Assembly (NCBI GenBank): GCA_039630545.1
Contig: JBCNUU010000012.1
Location: 1-32,823, forward strand
Direction: 5' to 3'
DNA length: 32,823 nt
From: Endomicrobiia bacterium
Lineage (GTDB): Bacteria; Elusimicrobiota; Endomicrobiia; DTEH01
A program made the translations under genes and the position numbers. The notes beneath the pieces are model-generated. The model was not told the origin of the DNA. It worked only from the letters and a program-made list of their open reading frames with translations, and made no database searches. Positions 10,432-19,148 of this stretch are shown in pieces (within the stretch, counting starts at the first letter, position 1; every line of letters begins with the position of its first letter).

Positions 10432-11747
10432 TGAATGTATTTGAATATCTTTCTCAAATAAGCAAAAAAGAGTACCTTAAAAAAAATTATACCCTGCATA
10501 ATATAAAGAAAGCACTAAAACTACTAGGCTCACCTCATAAAGAGATAAAAAATATAATCCATATCACAGGTACAAATGGTAAAGGTTCCGTGGCTATTTT
10601 TACTTCAAGAATGCTTAATATATTAGGTTATACCACAGGTCTTTTTATTTCGCCTCATATATTCGATGTAACCGAAAGAATACAATATAATAATAAACCG
10701 ATAGAAAAAAAAATTTTTAAGAAGTATCTGTTTGAAATTTATAATACTCTACCTTCAAATCTCTTTTTTGAGCTTACATATTTTGAATTAATAAGTTGTG
10801 TGATGTTTTTGTTTTTTAGAGAAAAGAAACCAGATTTTGTAGTTTTGGAAGTAGGTTTAGGAGGTAAATTAGATGCTACAAATGTTATAGAAAAAAGTGT
10901 AATTTCCTGTATTACCAGTATTTCTTTAGATCATACAGAAGTTTTAGGGAATACAGAGTTTTTGATTCTTAAAGATAAAAGTCAAATAATTAGGCCTGGT
11001 TCTATTTTTATTTGTGGGAAAGTAAAAAAGAGGTTAAGAGATTATTTAAAAAGACTATGTAAAAAAATAAACACTAAGTTTGTTTTTTGTAAAAAAAGTT
11101 TTGAAAAAATAAATTTTAATGTAGATAGGTGGACTACTGAGGTTAGATATTTTATAGAAAAGAATTTCTACAAAGCAGTATTTTCTGTGTGTTCTTTGAC
11201 TCATCCATATAATTTTAATATTGCTTTAGAAATCATAAATCAGCTATATAAAGCAAAACTTATTAAAAAACCAGAATATAAAAAAGTATTTGAAAAAATT
11301 CCGAAAGTTATAATTCCGTTTAGGATGCAGAGATTTAAAATTAACGGATGCGAAATCATAGTAGATGGTGCTCATAATCCAGCTTCTGTTGATAGTTTTG
11401 TTAAATTGATAAAAAAATTAAGTATTAAAAATTTTGTTATATGTTTTACAATAATGAAAGACAAAGATTACAGAAAAATAATTAAGATTCTGTCTAATTT
11501 GAAAAACAAAATATATAAATTCATAGTATATAAAATAAATAATCCTAGAGTGGAAAATTTAGATATTTTGTACAAGAATGTTTGTAAATATTTCAACAAT
11601 AAAAAGGTTGTTAAAATTTCAAAACCAGAAAATCTGTTGAAGTATCTTAAAAATTTTTGTATAAAGAAAAAAATTTTTTTTATTGGTAGTTTTTACATCT
11701 TTTCTGTTTTTAAAAACAAAATTCGATGGAAAAAATTTTTGATGTAG
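10431..11747 (+). CDS. folC: Folylpolyglutamate synthase / dihydrofolate synthase
   Basis: HITGTNGKGS, SPH...ERI, TYFE, EVGLGGKLDATN, ISLDH..LG, DGAHNP, KDKD. Confidence 0.92.
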   Translation: MNVFEYLSQISKKEYLKKNYTLHNIKKALKLLGSPHKEIKNIIHITGTNGKGSVAIFTSRMLNILGYTTGLFISPHIFDVTERIQYNNKPIEKKIFKKYLFEIYNTLPSNLFFELTYFELISCVMFLFFREKKPDFVVLEVGLGGKLDATNVIEKSVISCITSISLDHTEVLGNTEFLILKDKSQIIRPGSIFICGKVKKRLRDYLKRLCKKINTKFVFCKKSFEKINFNVDRWTTEVRYFIEKNFYKAVFSVCSLTHPYNFNIALEIINQLYKAKLIKKPEYKKVFEKIPKVIIPFRMQRFKINGCEIIVDGAHNPASVDSFVKLIKKLSIKNFVICFTIMKDKDYRKIIKILSNLKNKIYKFIVYKINNPRVENLDILYKNVCKYFNNKKVVKISKPENLLKYLKNFCIKKKIFFIGSFYIFSVFKNKIRWKKFLM

Positions 11748-12652
11748 TAATAATAGGATCAGGACCAGCTGGTTTAAGTAGCGGAATCTACACCGGAAGG
11801 GCTTTGCTTAAAACTCTTATATTAAACTCGTTTAATTATCCATCCCAAGCAATTTTTGCAGATGTAATAGAAAACTATCCTGGTTTTTATGACGGAATAA
11901 ATGGATTTGAATTAATTGAAAATTTTAAAAAACAAGCTGAGAAATTTGGCTGTGAGATGATTAATGAAGAAGTTGTAAAAATAGAAGAAAAAGAGGGAAA
12001 TTTCTTTGTATATACTCTAAGTTCGAAAAATTTTTTTGTATCCAAGTCAGTTATATTAGCTACTGGCAGAAGAAGTAAAAAATTAGGAATAGAAAATGAA
12101 GATACACTTACAGGAAAAGGAGTATCATATTGCGCTGTATGCGATGCTATGTTATATAAAGATAAAACAGTAGCTTTAGTGGGTGGAGGTGATACAGCTT
12201 TTAGTGAAGCTATTTTTATCTCTAGGTTTGTAAAAAAGCTGTATTTAATTCATAGAAGAAAATCCTTCAGAGCTACAAAGATTTTGCAGAAAAGATTATT
12301 TGAGAAAGAAAATGTGATCTTTTATACTCCCTATGTTATAGAAAAAATTTTAGGAGAAAAAAAATTACAATGCTTAGAAATTAGAAATTTAGATACTAAT
12401 GAAAAAATAACAATAGAGTGTGATGGTTTGTTTGTATGTATAGGTTATCAACCAAATACTGAATTTTTAAATGGATTTATAGATTTGGATGATGAGGGAT
12501 ATATAGTTACAGATGAAAACTTGAACACATCCAAAAAAGGAATCTTTGCTTGTGGTGATTGTAGAAAAGGTTCAACAAAACAAATTATTTATGCATCTGC
12601 AGAAGGTGCTAAAGCTGGATTATCTGTGGTAGAGTTTTTAGAAAATAAATAA
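11726..12652 (+). CDS. trxB: Thioredoxin reductase
   Basis: IIGSGPAG, ENYPG, GVSYCAVCD redox CxxC, GGGDTA, HRR, FACGD. Confidence 0.95.
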   Translation: MEKIFDVVIIGSGPAGLSSGIYTGRALLKTLILNSFNYPSQAIFADVIENYPGFYDGINGFELIENFKKQAEKFGCEMINEEVVKIEEKEGNFFVYTLSSKNFFVSKSVILATGRRSKKLGIENEDTLTGKGVSYCAVCDAMLYKDKTVALVGGGDTAFSEAIFISRFVKKLYLIHRRKSFRATKILQKRLFEKENVIFYTPYVIEKILGEKKLQCLEIRNLDTNEKITIECDGLFVCIGYQPNTEFLNGFIDLDDEGYIVTDENLNTSKKGIFACGDCRKGSTKQIIYASAEGAKAGLSVVEFLENK

Positions 12653-12678
12653 ATTTATAAAGAAAGGAGACAGGTATT

Positions 12679-13656
12679 ATGATATTTTTTGAAAAAATGC
12701 CGATGGAAGGAAAGCTCATAGTGATAGGAGTTTTTTTTCTTTTATGGTATCTTTTATATAAACTTCTCAACCCTTTGCCTTCGCAAAAAAGCTACTATAA
12801 GAAATTTATAATTCTTCATACTTTTTTAGGTTTTGTTGGTGGGTTGCTTATAGGGTTGGTTATTAGTGTATTTAGTGGAAATATAGACTTTCAAACAAAT
12901 TACTCTATTTTTACATCAATTATATGTGGGATAATTTTTTTCATATATTCTTTGTTAAAGAAAAAAGATAATATTCAAAAAACATTAGATTCTGATCTTG
13001 ACTGGGGAGAAACTGGTTGGAGCACATTGTTTATAGTAGCAGTTATAATGTATTGTGTGATTCAAGCATTTAAAATCCCTACAGGTAGTATGAGAATGAC
13101 TTTGTTGGAAGGAGATTATTTGTTTGTGAATAAATTTATATATGGTATAAGAATTCCATTTACTGATATAAGAATTCTAAGAATAAAAAAGATAAAGAGA
13201 GGCGATATTGTTGTTTTTGAATGTCCTCCTCAAGCATTATCTCCTGAAGAAAGGAAAAATAGGATCCAAAAAGATTTCATAAAAAGATGTGTAGCCGTGT
13301 CTGGAGATAAAGTTGAAATAAAAAATAAAGTATTATATATAAATGATGAACCCATAAATGAACCATATGTAAATTTTGAAGATGTGGATAATATTTATCA
13401 AACACAAAAGTTTTATAGTAGTCAACAGGAATATCAAAGAGCCTGGGAAGAGGGGAGGTTTATGGAAATTCCTCCATTCTTTGTAAGGGATAACTTTGGA
13501 CCGGTTATAGTACCACCTGGATGTTACTTTATGTTAGGAGATAACAGAGATAAGTCTTCCGATTCAAGATTCTGGGGGCCGTTACCTGAGAAATATGTAA
13601 AAGGAGCACCGCTTATTGTTTACTGGCCACCTTATAGAATCAGAATTCCTAAGTAA
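12679..13656 (+). CDS. lepB: Signal peptidase I with extended multi-TM N-terminus
   Basis: IPTGSM (Ser), GDYLFVNK, RGDIVVF, DFIKR (Lys), GDNRDKSSDSRFWG. Confidence 0.93.
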   Translation: MIFFEKMPMEGKLIVIGVFFLLWYLLYKLLNPLPSQKSYYKKFIILHTFLGFVGGLLIGLVISVFSGNIDFQTNYSIFTSIICGIIFFIYSLLKKKDNIQKTLDSDLDWGETGWSTLFIVAVIMYCVIQAFKIPTGSMRMTLLEGDYLFVNKFIYGIRIPFTDIRILRIKKIKRGDIVVFECPPQALSPEERKNRIQKDFIKRCVAVSGDKVEIKNKVLYINDEPINEPYVNFEDVDNIYQTQKFYSSQQEYQRAWEEGRFMEIPPFFVRDNFGPVIVPPGCYFMLGDNRDKSSDSRFWGPLPEKYVKGAPLIVYWPPYRIRIPK

Positions 13657-13665
13657 TAATAACAT

Positions 13666-14097
13666 ATGGATGTCAGATGGATAGTAGTTGCAATAATATT
13701 TTTTATTATAGAAATTATTACACCTGGAATATTTCTTTTTAGTTGTTTTGGTTTAGCTGCAATAGTAGCTTTTTTAAGTAGTTTTTTTACAGACTCTGTT
13801 TTGATTGAATCTGTAATATTTTCTTTAGTTTCAGTGATTTCTATATATCTATTAAGACCGATACTTATAAAAATTTTTACTCCTGATTTTGTTAAAACAA
13901 ATGTTAATAGTCTTATTGGTAAAACAGGGATAGTTGAAGAAGAGATTCACGATAAAAAAATAATGGGACTTATAAGAGTAGAAAATGAGTTATGGAGAGC
14001 GGTATCTGAAAACGATGAAATCATTTCTAAAGGTAGTAAAGTTGAAGTAATTAGAGTTGAAGGAGTTCATTTAGTAGTTAAAAAATTAAAAGAATAA
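13666..14097 (+). CDS. Short NfeD-family (YbbJ-like) membrane protein
   Basis: W...IIEIITPG TM region, then OB-fold LIGKTGIV...G.IRV..ELWRA...G.KVEV.RVEG..LVV. Confidence 0.88.
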   Translation: MDVRWIVVAIIFFIIEIITPGIFLFSCFGLAAIVAFLSSFFTDSVLIESVIFSLVSVISIYLLRPILIKIFTPDFVKTNVNSLIGKTGIVEEEIHDKKIMGLIRVENELWRAVSENDEIISKGSKVEVIRVEGVHLVVKKLKE

Positions 14098-14098
14098 G

Positions 14099-15508
14099 CT
14101 AAGAAAGATATTTCTTAAGCATACTCTGAGAGGCTTTTTTACCCATACCCATAGCTTCAATTATAGTTCCTTCACCTCCTACGATATCTCCTCCAGCATA
14201 AACTCTTGGAATAGAAGTTTCCATAGTGTCTGGGTTAACCTCTATTTCATCCCATTTATTAGTTTTAAGTTCAGGAACTGTCAAAGTGAGAGTTTTGTTA
14301 GGTTTTAGCCCAATAGCCACTATTACTGTATCAGCTTCTATTATAAAATCAGAATTTTCTATGGGTATAGGGCGTCTTCTTTTAGTTACATCAACTTCTC
14401 CTAATTGACATTTTAAACATATTATTCCTTTTACTTCGCCAGAATTATTTTTTATAAATTCTTTAGGTTGCACTAAAAATTTAAACTCAATTCCTTCTTC
14501 TTTAGCATGTTGAATTTCAATTCTTCTTGCTGGCATTTCTTGTTCTGTTCTGCGATAAAGTATTGTAACTTTTCCTTTTATATTTTTTATTTTCTGCATT
14601 CGTAAAGCTACTCTAGCTGCATCCATAGCGGTATTTCCACCACCTATTACTACAATTTTTTCACCTACATTTATTGGCGTGTGGTACTCTGGAAATTTAT
14701 TAGCGTTCATTAAATTTACTCGTGTAAGATATTCATTTGCAGAATATATATTTGTTGAGTTCTCATTTTTAATGTTTAACCATTCTGGAGTTCCAGCTCC
14801 GGTCCCTATAAAAACGCAGTGATATTCATCTAAAAGCTCTTTTAAAGTAATGGTTTTCCCTACTACAATACCTGTAAAAAAATCTACTCCATAGTTTTTT
14901 AAAAGATTTATTTCATAATGTAATATATCTCTAGGTAGTCTAAAAGAAGGTATTCCGTAGCATAAAACTCCACCTATGGAATGTAAAGCTTCAAATATAT
15001 CCACCTTTACATCATATTTACTTAATTCACCTGCCACTGTTAAACTTGCAGGTCCAGAACCAATACAGGCTACTTTGTATTTATAATCTTTTGTTTTTTT
15101 TATTTCATGGATATTTTTCTCCCTGCCAAAGTCACCAGCGAATCTTTCTAACAGAGGAATGTTTATAGCTTTATCTGATGCAAAAGGTGAATTTTTAGGA
15201 GTAAAAACACATGCCTTTCTGCATTGGTATTCTGCAGGACATACTCTTCCACATATGGAAGGGAATCTATTTTTTTCAAATATAGTTTTATATGCTGCTT
15301 CATAGTCTTTTTGAGTAAGCTGATAAATAAATTTTTTAATATCTATTCCTACAGGACATCCAGCAATACAGGCAGGATTTTTACACTGAATGCATCTTGA
15401 TGCTTCTTCTAACATTTCATCTTCTTGATATCCTTTTACAACCTCGTTAAAGTTGTAAATTCTTTCTTCTAAAGAAAGTTCATGAGGTATCACTGGTTGT
15501 TTTTTCAC
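14099..15508 (-). CDS. GltD/SudA/NfnB-like NADPH-dependent FAD/4Fe-4S oxidoreductase
   Basis: EASRCIQCKNPACIAGCP, CGRVCP...C, IGSGPA, YGIPSFRLP, GGGNTAMDAAR, YRR, AGGD. GTG start overlaps the upstream small ORF stop (GTGA). Confidence 0.9.
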   Translation of the reverse strand: MKKQPVIPHELSLEERIYNFNEVVKGYQEDEMLEEASRCIQCKNPACIAGCPVGIDIKKFIYQLTQKDYEAAYKTIFEKNRFPSICGRVCPAEYQCRKACVFTPKNSPFASDKAINIPLLERFAGDFGREKNIHEIKKTKDYKYKVACIGSGPASLTVAGELSKYDVKVDIFEALHSIGGVLCYGIPSFRLPRDILHYEINLLKNYGVDFFTGIVVGKTITLKELLDEYHCVFIGTGAGTPEWLNIKNENSTNIYSANEYLTRVNLMNANKFPEYHTPINVGEKIVVIGGGNTAMDAARVALRMQKIKNIKGKVTILYRRTEQEMPARRIEIQHAKEEGIEFKFLVQPKEFIKNNSGEVKGIICLKCQLGEVDVTKRRRPIPIENSDFIIEADTVIVAIGLKPNKTLTLTVPELKTNKWDEIEVNPDTMETSIPRVYAGGDIVGGEGTIIEAMGMGKKASQSMLKKYLS

Positions 15509-15657
15509 TTTTTTTTCCTTCTGTCGCCGAGTCGTCTGTCTGTACCACTTCTTCTTTCAAAAGGAACCTCAGGACCACCTATTAGTTTACTCATCCATCT
15601 TCTTTCTGATTTTCTTCTTTCTGACTTTCTTCTTTCTTCGTTTTGGTTTTTTTTCAT
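15505..15657 (-). CDS. Unannotated 50-aa Arg-rich protein with six [ED]RR motifs
   Basis: Manual translation: MKKNQNEERRKSERRKSERRWMSKLIGGPEVPFERRSGTDRRLGDRRKKK*. AAGGAG RBS (15670-15665) 7 nt before ATG; TGA stop overlaps the GTG of the next gene; upstream promoter present. Confidence 0.8.
   Translation of the reverse strand: MKKNQNEERRKSERRKSERRWMSKLIGGPEVPFERRSGTDRRLGDRRKKK
15598..15636 (-). repeat. 15-bp tandem repeat (about 2.6 copies) encoding ERRKS-ERRKS-ERR
   Basis: Minus strand GAAAGAAGAAAGTCA GAAAGAAGAAAATCA GAAAGAAGA. Confidence 0.8.
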
Positions 15658-15689
15658 GATTTTTCTCCTTTATTTAGAATTTGGATTTA

Positions 15690-15717
15690 ATTATAAAATA
15701 CTTTTAACAATTTTCAA
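15690..15717 (-). promoter_or_regulatory. Sigma70-type promoter for small ORF plus oxidoreductase
   Basis: Minus strand TTGAAA (15717-15712), 16-nt spacer, TATAAT (15695-15690). Region is very AT-rich, so a chance match is possible. Confidence 0.55.
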
Positions 15718-15767
15718 TTATTATACAAAATAATTTTCAAAATTTGTATTATTTATATTTTACAAAA

Positions 15768-17888
15768 ATGAAAATTTCACTTAAAAATCTACCAACCGTA
15801 GGCAAAAAACGTCTACAATACTTAAATAAGATAGGTATATATACACTAGAAGATTTACTTTTTTATTTTCCTGCTAAAATTGAAGATAGAAGAAGTTTTA
15901 ATTTTGAAAACTTATCTGAAAAAACTAATGATAAAATCACCATTATAGGGAAAATTCTTACTTATAAGGAGATAGTAGCAAAAGAAAGACTAGGATTGTT
16001 TAAAGTTGTTGTTGAAACCGTGATTTCACCTAAGAAAATTTTTACTTTAGTGTGGTATAAGAAACTTAATAAAAAGTATGATGTCTTTTTATCTTTAAAA
16101 AAGAAGTTAGAAAAAAATTACTACATATTAGCCTATGGTAAACCTATAGAGGGAAACTTTTCTTTTCCAGAAATAAGAGTTGAAGATTATGAAGTTTTTG
16201 AAGATCTTGGAGAAAATACAATTCATACTAATCGATTGGTTCCTATATATAGTTTATCAGAGAATATTTCACAACAGTGGTTTAGAGAACTTATGTATTC
16301 AGCTATAAATAATTTCAAATTAGATGAATACATGCCCAAAAGGATAATATTAGAAGAGAGATTTTTAGATTTGAATACAGCTATTAAAAATATTCATTTC
16401 CCAGATACCTGGCAGCTTTATAATGAAGCGAAAAGAAGGTTAATTTTTGATAAATTTCTTTTATTACAATTAGCTATTTTAAAAACAAAGCAAAATATAA
16501 TCTCAAAGAAAAAAGTTGGGAACTATGTCATAAAAAGACATCTTCTTACTCCATTTAAAGAAAAATTAAAAAAATTAATACCTAATTTTGAATTTACTAA
16601 AGCTCAAAAGAAAGTGATAAATGAATTATTTAAAGATATGATGTCAGATAAGCCTATGAACAGGTTGCTTATAGGAGATGTAGGTAGTGGCAAAACTATA
16701 GTAGCTATAAGTTGTGCTCTTTTAGCTATAGAAAATGGATATCAAGTTGCCTTTATGGCACCAACAGAAATTTTAGCTGAGCAACATTATTATAACTTAG
16801 AAAGTTATATAGGTGAACTTTATGATTATGAAAAAAATAGAAAAATAAATGCTAGTATCTTAACCAGTAAAACTTCAAAAAAACAAAAAGAAAAAATTCT
16901 TAAAGATATTGAAAATGGAGTCGTAGACATAGTTGTAGGTACACATGCTTTAATTAATCCTAAAGTTAAATTTAAAAATCTCTCCTTAGTAATAATAGAT
17001 GAACAGCATAAATTTGGTGTTATTCAAAGAAAAAAACTATATGAAAAATCAGAACTTCCAGATATTTTAATTATGACTGCCACACCTATTCCTCGAAGTT
17101 TAGCTATGACTATATATGGAGAGCTAGATATATCTATTATAAATGAGCTTCCTCATGGAAGAAAACCAGTAAAGACAATGTATTATGATATTGAGAAATA
17201 TGATTATAAATTTGTTATAGAACAATTAAATTCAAACGCAAAAGTATACATGGTTTATCCAGTAATTGAGGAAACAAAATCAGAAATAAGAACACTTATA
17301 GAAGAATATGAAAAACTTTCCAATACAGTTTTTAAAAACTACAAATGTGGACTTCTTCACGGCAGACTTAGATCTTTTCAAAAACAACAAATAATGGAAA
17401 AATTTCGTAAAGGAGAATATCAGGTATTGTTTACAACAAGTGTAATTGAAGTAGGAATAGATGTTCCCGATGCTACTGTAATAGTTATTAACCATGCGGA
17501 AAGATACGGTTTAGCTCAACTTCATCAACTTAGAGGAAGAGTTGGAAGAAGTGAAAAACAGTCCTACTGTATTTTGTTAGGAAAACTTACTACAGAAGAA
17601 GCTAAAAGAAGAATTAATATAATGCTTTCCACAAACAATGGTTTTGAGATAGCTAATGAAGATTTATTAATCAGGGGTCCAGGGAGTATATTTGGTACTT
17701 TGCAACATGGTGTTTCAGAAGTTGATTTCAGTGAGATTTTGAAATATCCTGATTTGTTATATAAATCTAAAAAATATGCAGAAGAGATAGTATTTAACAA
17801 AAAATTTGATTTCCGAGAAGTATATCAATTATTTAAAAAAGTTTATTTAAAGTACGCAAATAATTTTAATTTAGGTTCAATCGGATAA
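15768..17888 (+). CDS. recG: ATP-dependent DNA helicase RecG
   Basis: DLLFYFP...EDR, PMNRLLIGDVGSGKT, MAPTEILAEQH, DEQHKFG, MTATPIPRS, QLHQLRGRVGR, DL.IRGPG. Start ATG 15768. Confidence 0.96.
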   Translation: MKISLKNLPTVGKKRLQYLNKIGIYTLEDLLFYFPAKIEDRRSFNFENLSEKTNDKITIIGKILTYKEIVAKERLGLFKVVVETVISPKKIFTLVWYKKLNKKYDVFLSLKKKLEKNYYILAYGKPIEGNFSFPEIRVEDYEVFEDLGENTIHTNRLVPIYSLSENISQQWFRELMYSAINNFKLDEYMPKRIILEERFLDLNTAIKNIHFPDTWQLYNEAKRRLIFDKFLLLQLAILKTKQNIISKKKVGNYVIKRHLLTPFKEKLKKLIPNFEFTKAQKKVINELFKDMMSDKPMNRLLIGDVGSGKTIVAISCALLAIENGYQVAFMAPTEILAEQHYYNLESYIGELYDYEKNRKINASILTSKTSKKQKEKILKDIENGVVDIVVGTHALINPKVKFKNLSLVIIDEQHKFGVIQRKKLYEKSELPDILIMTATPIPRSLAMTIYGELDISIINELPHGRKPVKTMYYDIEKYDYKFVIEQLNSNAKVYMVYPVIEETKSEIRTLIEEYEKLSNTVFKNYKCGLLHGRLRSFQKQQIMEKFRKGEYQVLFTTSVIEVGIDVPDATVIVINHAERYGLAQLHQLRGRVGRSEKQSYCILLGKLTTEEAKRRINIMLSTNNGFEIANEDLLIRGPGSIFGTLQHGVSEVDFSEILKYPDLLYKSKKYAEEIVFNKKFDFREVYQLFKKVYLKYANNFNLGSIG

Positions 17889-17889
17889 A

Positions 17890-18681
17890 ATGAAAATATT
17901 TTGTGATATAGGCAACACCTATGCTAAAATTCTTTTAGCAGGAGAAAAAGTTAAGTTTAAAAAAATCTCGATAGATAAGGTCATAAAATTTCTTATAAAG
18001 TACAAAAAATTTAATATTTATATTAGTTGCGTGGTAAAAAAAATTGAGAAAGAAATAAAAAGAAAATTTAAAAAAGCACACTTTTTAGGATACAAAGATA
18101 TTAAAGATTTTATGAAGATAAGATATAGAAATTTAAAACAGTTAGGTAGCGATAGAATTTTTTCTGCTTTAGCTTGCAAGGAAATTTTTGGTAAAAATAC
18201 ATTAGTGATTTCGTGTGGTACGGCATTAGTAGTAGATTATATAGACAGAAGAAATGTTTACTCCGGTGGAGTAATTTTTCCTGGAATTAATATATTGTGT
18301 AAAAGTTTATATGATTCTACTTCTAAATTGCCTTACTTGAAACTGAAAAATACATCAAGTGTAAAAGTTAAAAATAAAAATATAGTTGGCAGGGATACTT
18401 TTGAGTGTATCTATAAAGGGATTGTAAGTTTTATTACATCTGGCATAGAATATTTTTTGAATGTACTTAAACCCCAAAAAATAATTATAACAGGTGGAGA
18501 TGCAGAATTGGTTTCATCATTTTTAATAAAAAAGAAAATAAGAATATCAGTAGTAAAAGAACTAGTACTGCTCGGGATAATACTCTGGGGGATTAAAAAA
18601 GGAGTATTAAAAAAAGAAAAAGTAAAAGATTTTATCGAAAATTTTTACGATAATATTGACATTATAAAAATTTTTTTGTAA
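17890..18681 (+). CDS. coaX: Type III pantothenate kinase
   Basis: DIGNT, LGSDR, CGTA..VD, GGVIFPG, T..LP, TGGDA. Confidence 0.9.
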   Translation: MKIFCDIGNTYAKILLAGEKVKFKKISIDKVIKFLIKYKKFNIYISCVVKKIEKEIKRKFKKAHFLGYKDIKDFMKIRYRNLKQLGSDRIFSALACKEIFGKNTLVISCGTALVVDYIDRRNVYSGGVIFPGINILCKSLYDSTSKLPYLKLKNTSSVKVKNKNIVGRDTFECIYKGIVSFITSGIEYFLNVLKPQKIIITGGDAELVSSFLIKKKIRISVVKELVLLGIILWGIKKGVLKKEKVKDFIENFYDNIDIIKIFL

Positions 18682-18812
18682 AAATTTTTGAAACTTTCTA
18701 GTGTCATTTTGCATCTTTATTTTTAAACAGGAAAACCTATAATCAAAATTCATAAAATTTTTTCTTCTCTTTAGGCAAATATTCATTCTCTTTAACAGGG
18801 AGGTGATCAATT

Positions 18813-19103
18813 ATGAAAGTAAAACCTTTAGGAGATAGGGTGTTAGTGAAACCTCTAGAGGAGAAAGAAGTTAAAAAAGGAAACATAATAATCCCAGACA
18901 CTGCTAAAGAAAAACCTCAGCAAGGTGAAGTGATTGCTGTAGGGAAAGGTAAGATAACAGAGGATGGTAAGTTGCTACCTATGGATGTGAAAGTGGGCGA
19001 TAAAGTACTTTATGGTAAATACTCTGGTACAGAAATTAAAATAGATGGTCAAGAATATCTTATTTTACATCAAGACGATATTTTAGGCATTATTGAAGAA
19101 TAA
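18813..19103 (+). CDS. groES: Co-chaperonin GroES
   Basis: [54 protein letters not shown]. Confidence 0.98.
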   Translation: MKVKPLGDRVLVKPLEEKEVKKGNIIIPDTAKEKPQQGEVIAVGKGKITEDGKLLPMDVKVGDKVLYGKYSGTEIKIDGQEYLILHQDDILGIIEE

Positions 19104-19148
19104 TAATTTATAAACTAGTCTACCTTAAAAGAAAAGGAGGTGAGGTTT

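Noticed and set aside
15482..15733. 83-aa + strand ORF in the track
   Set aside because: Phe/Leu/Ser-rich antisense shadow of the minus-strand ERR-repeat ORF, which has the RBS, promoter and coupling.
15691..15765. Possible Rex operator or inverted repeats in the divergent promoter region
   Set aside because: Half-site spacing does not fit TTGTGAA-N4-TTCACAA; such palindromes are expected in very AT-rich DNA.
17890..18681. CoaX ISCGTA instead of VDxGTA as a sign of inactivation
   Set aside because: This position varies among type III pantothenate kinases and the other motifs are intact.
18682..18812. CIRCE/HrcA operator upstream of groES
   Set aside because: No TTAGCACTC-N9-GAGTGCTAA or close variant found.
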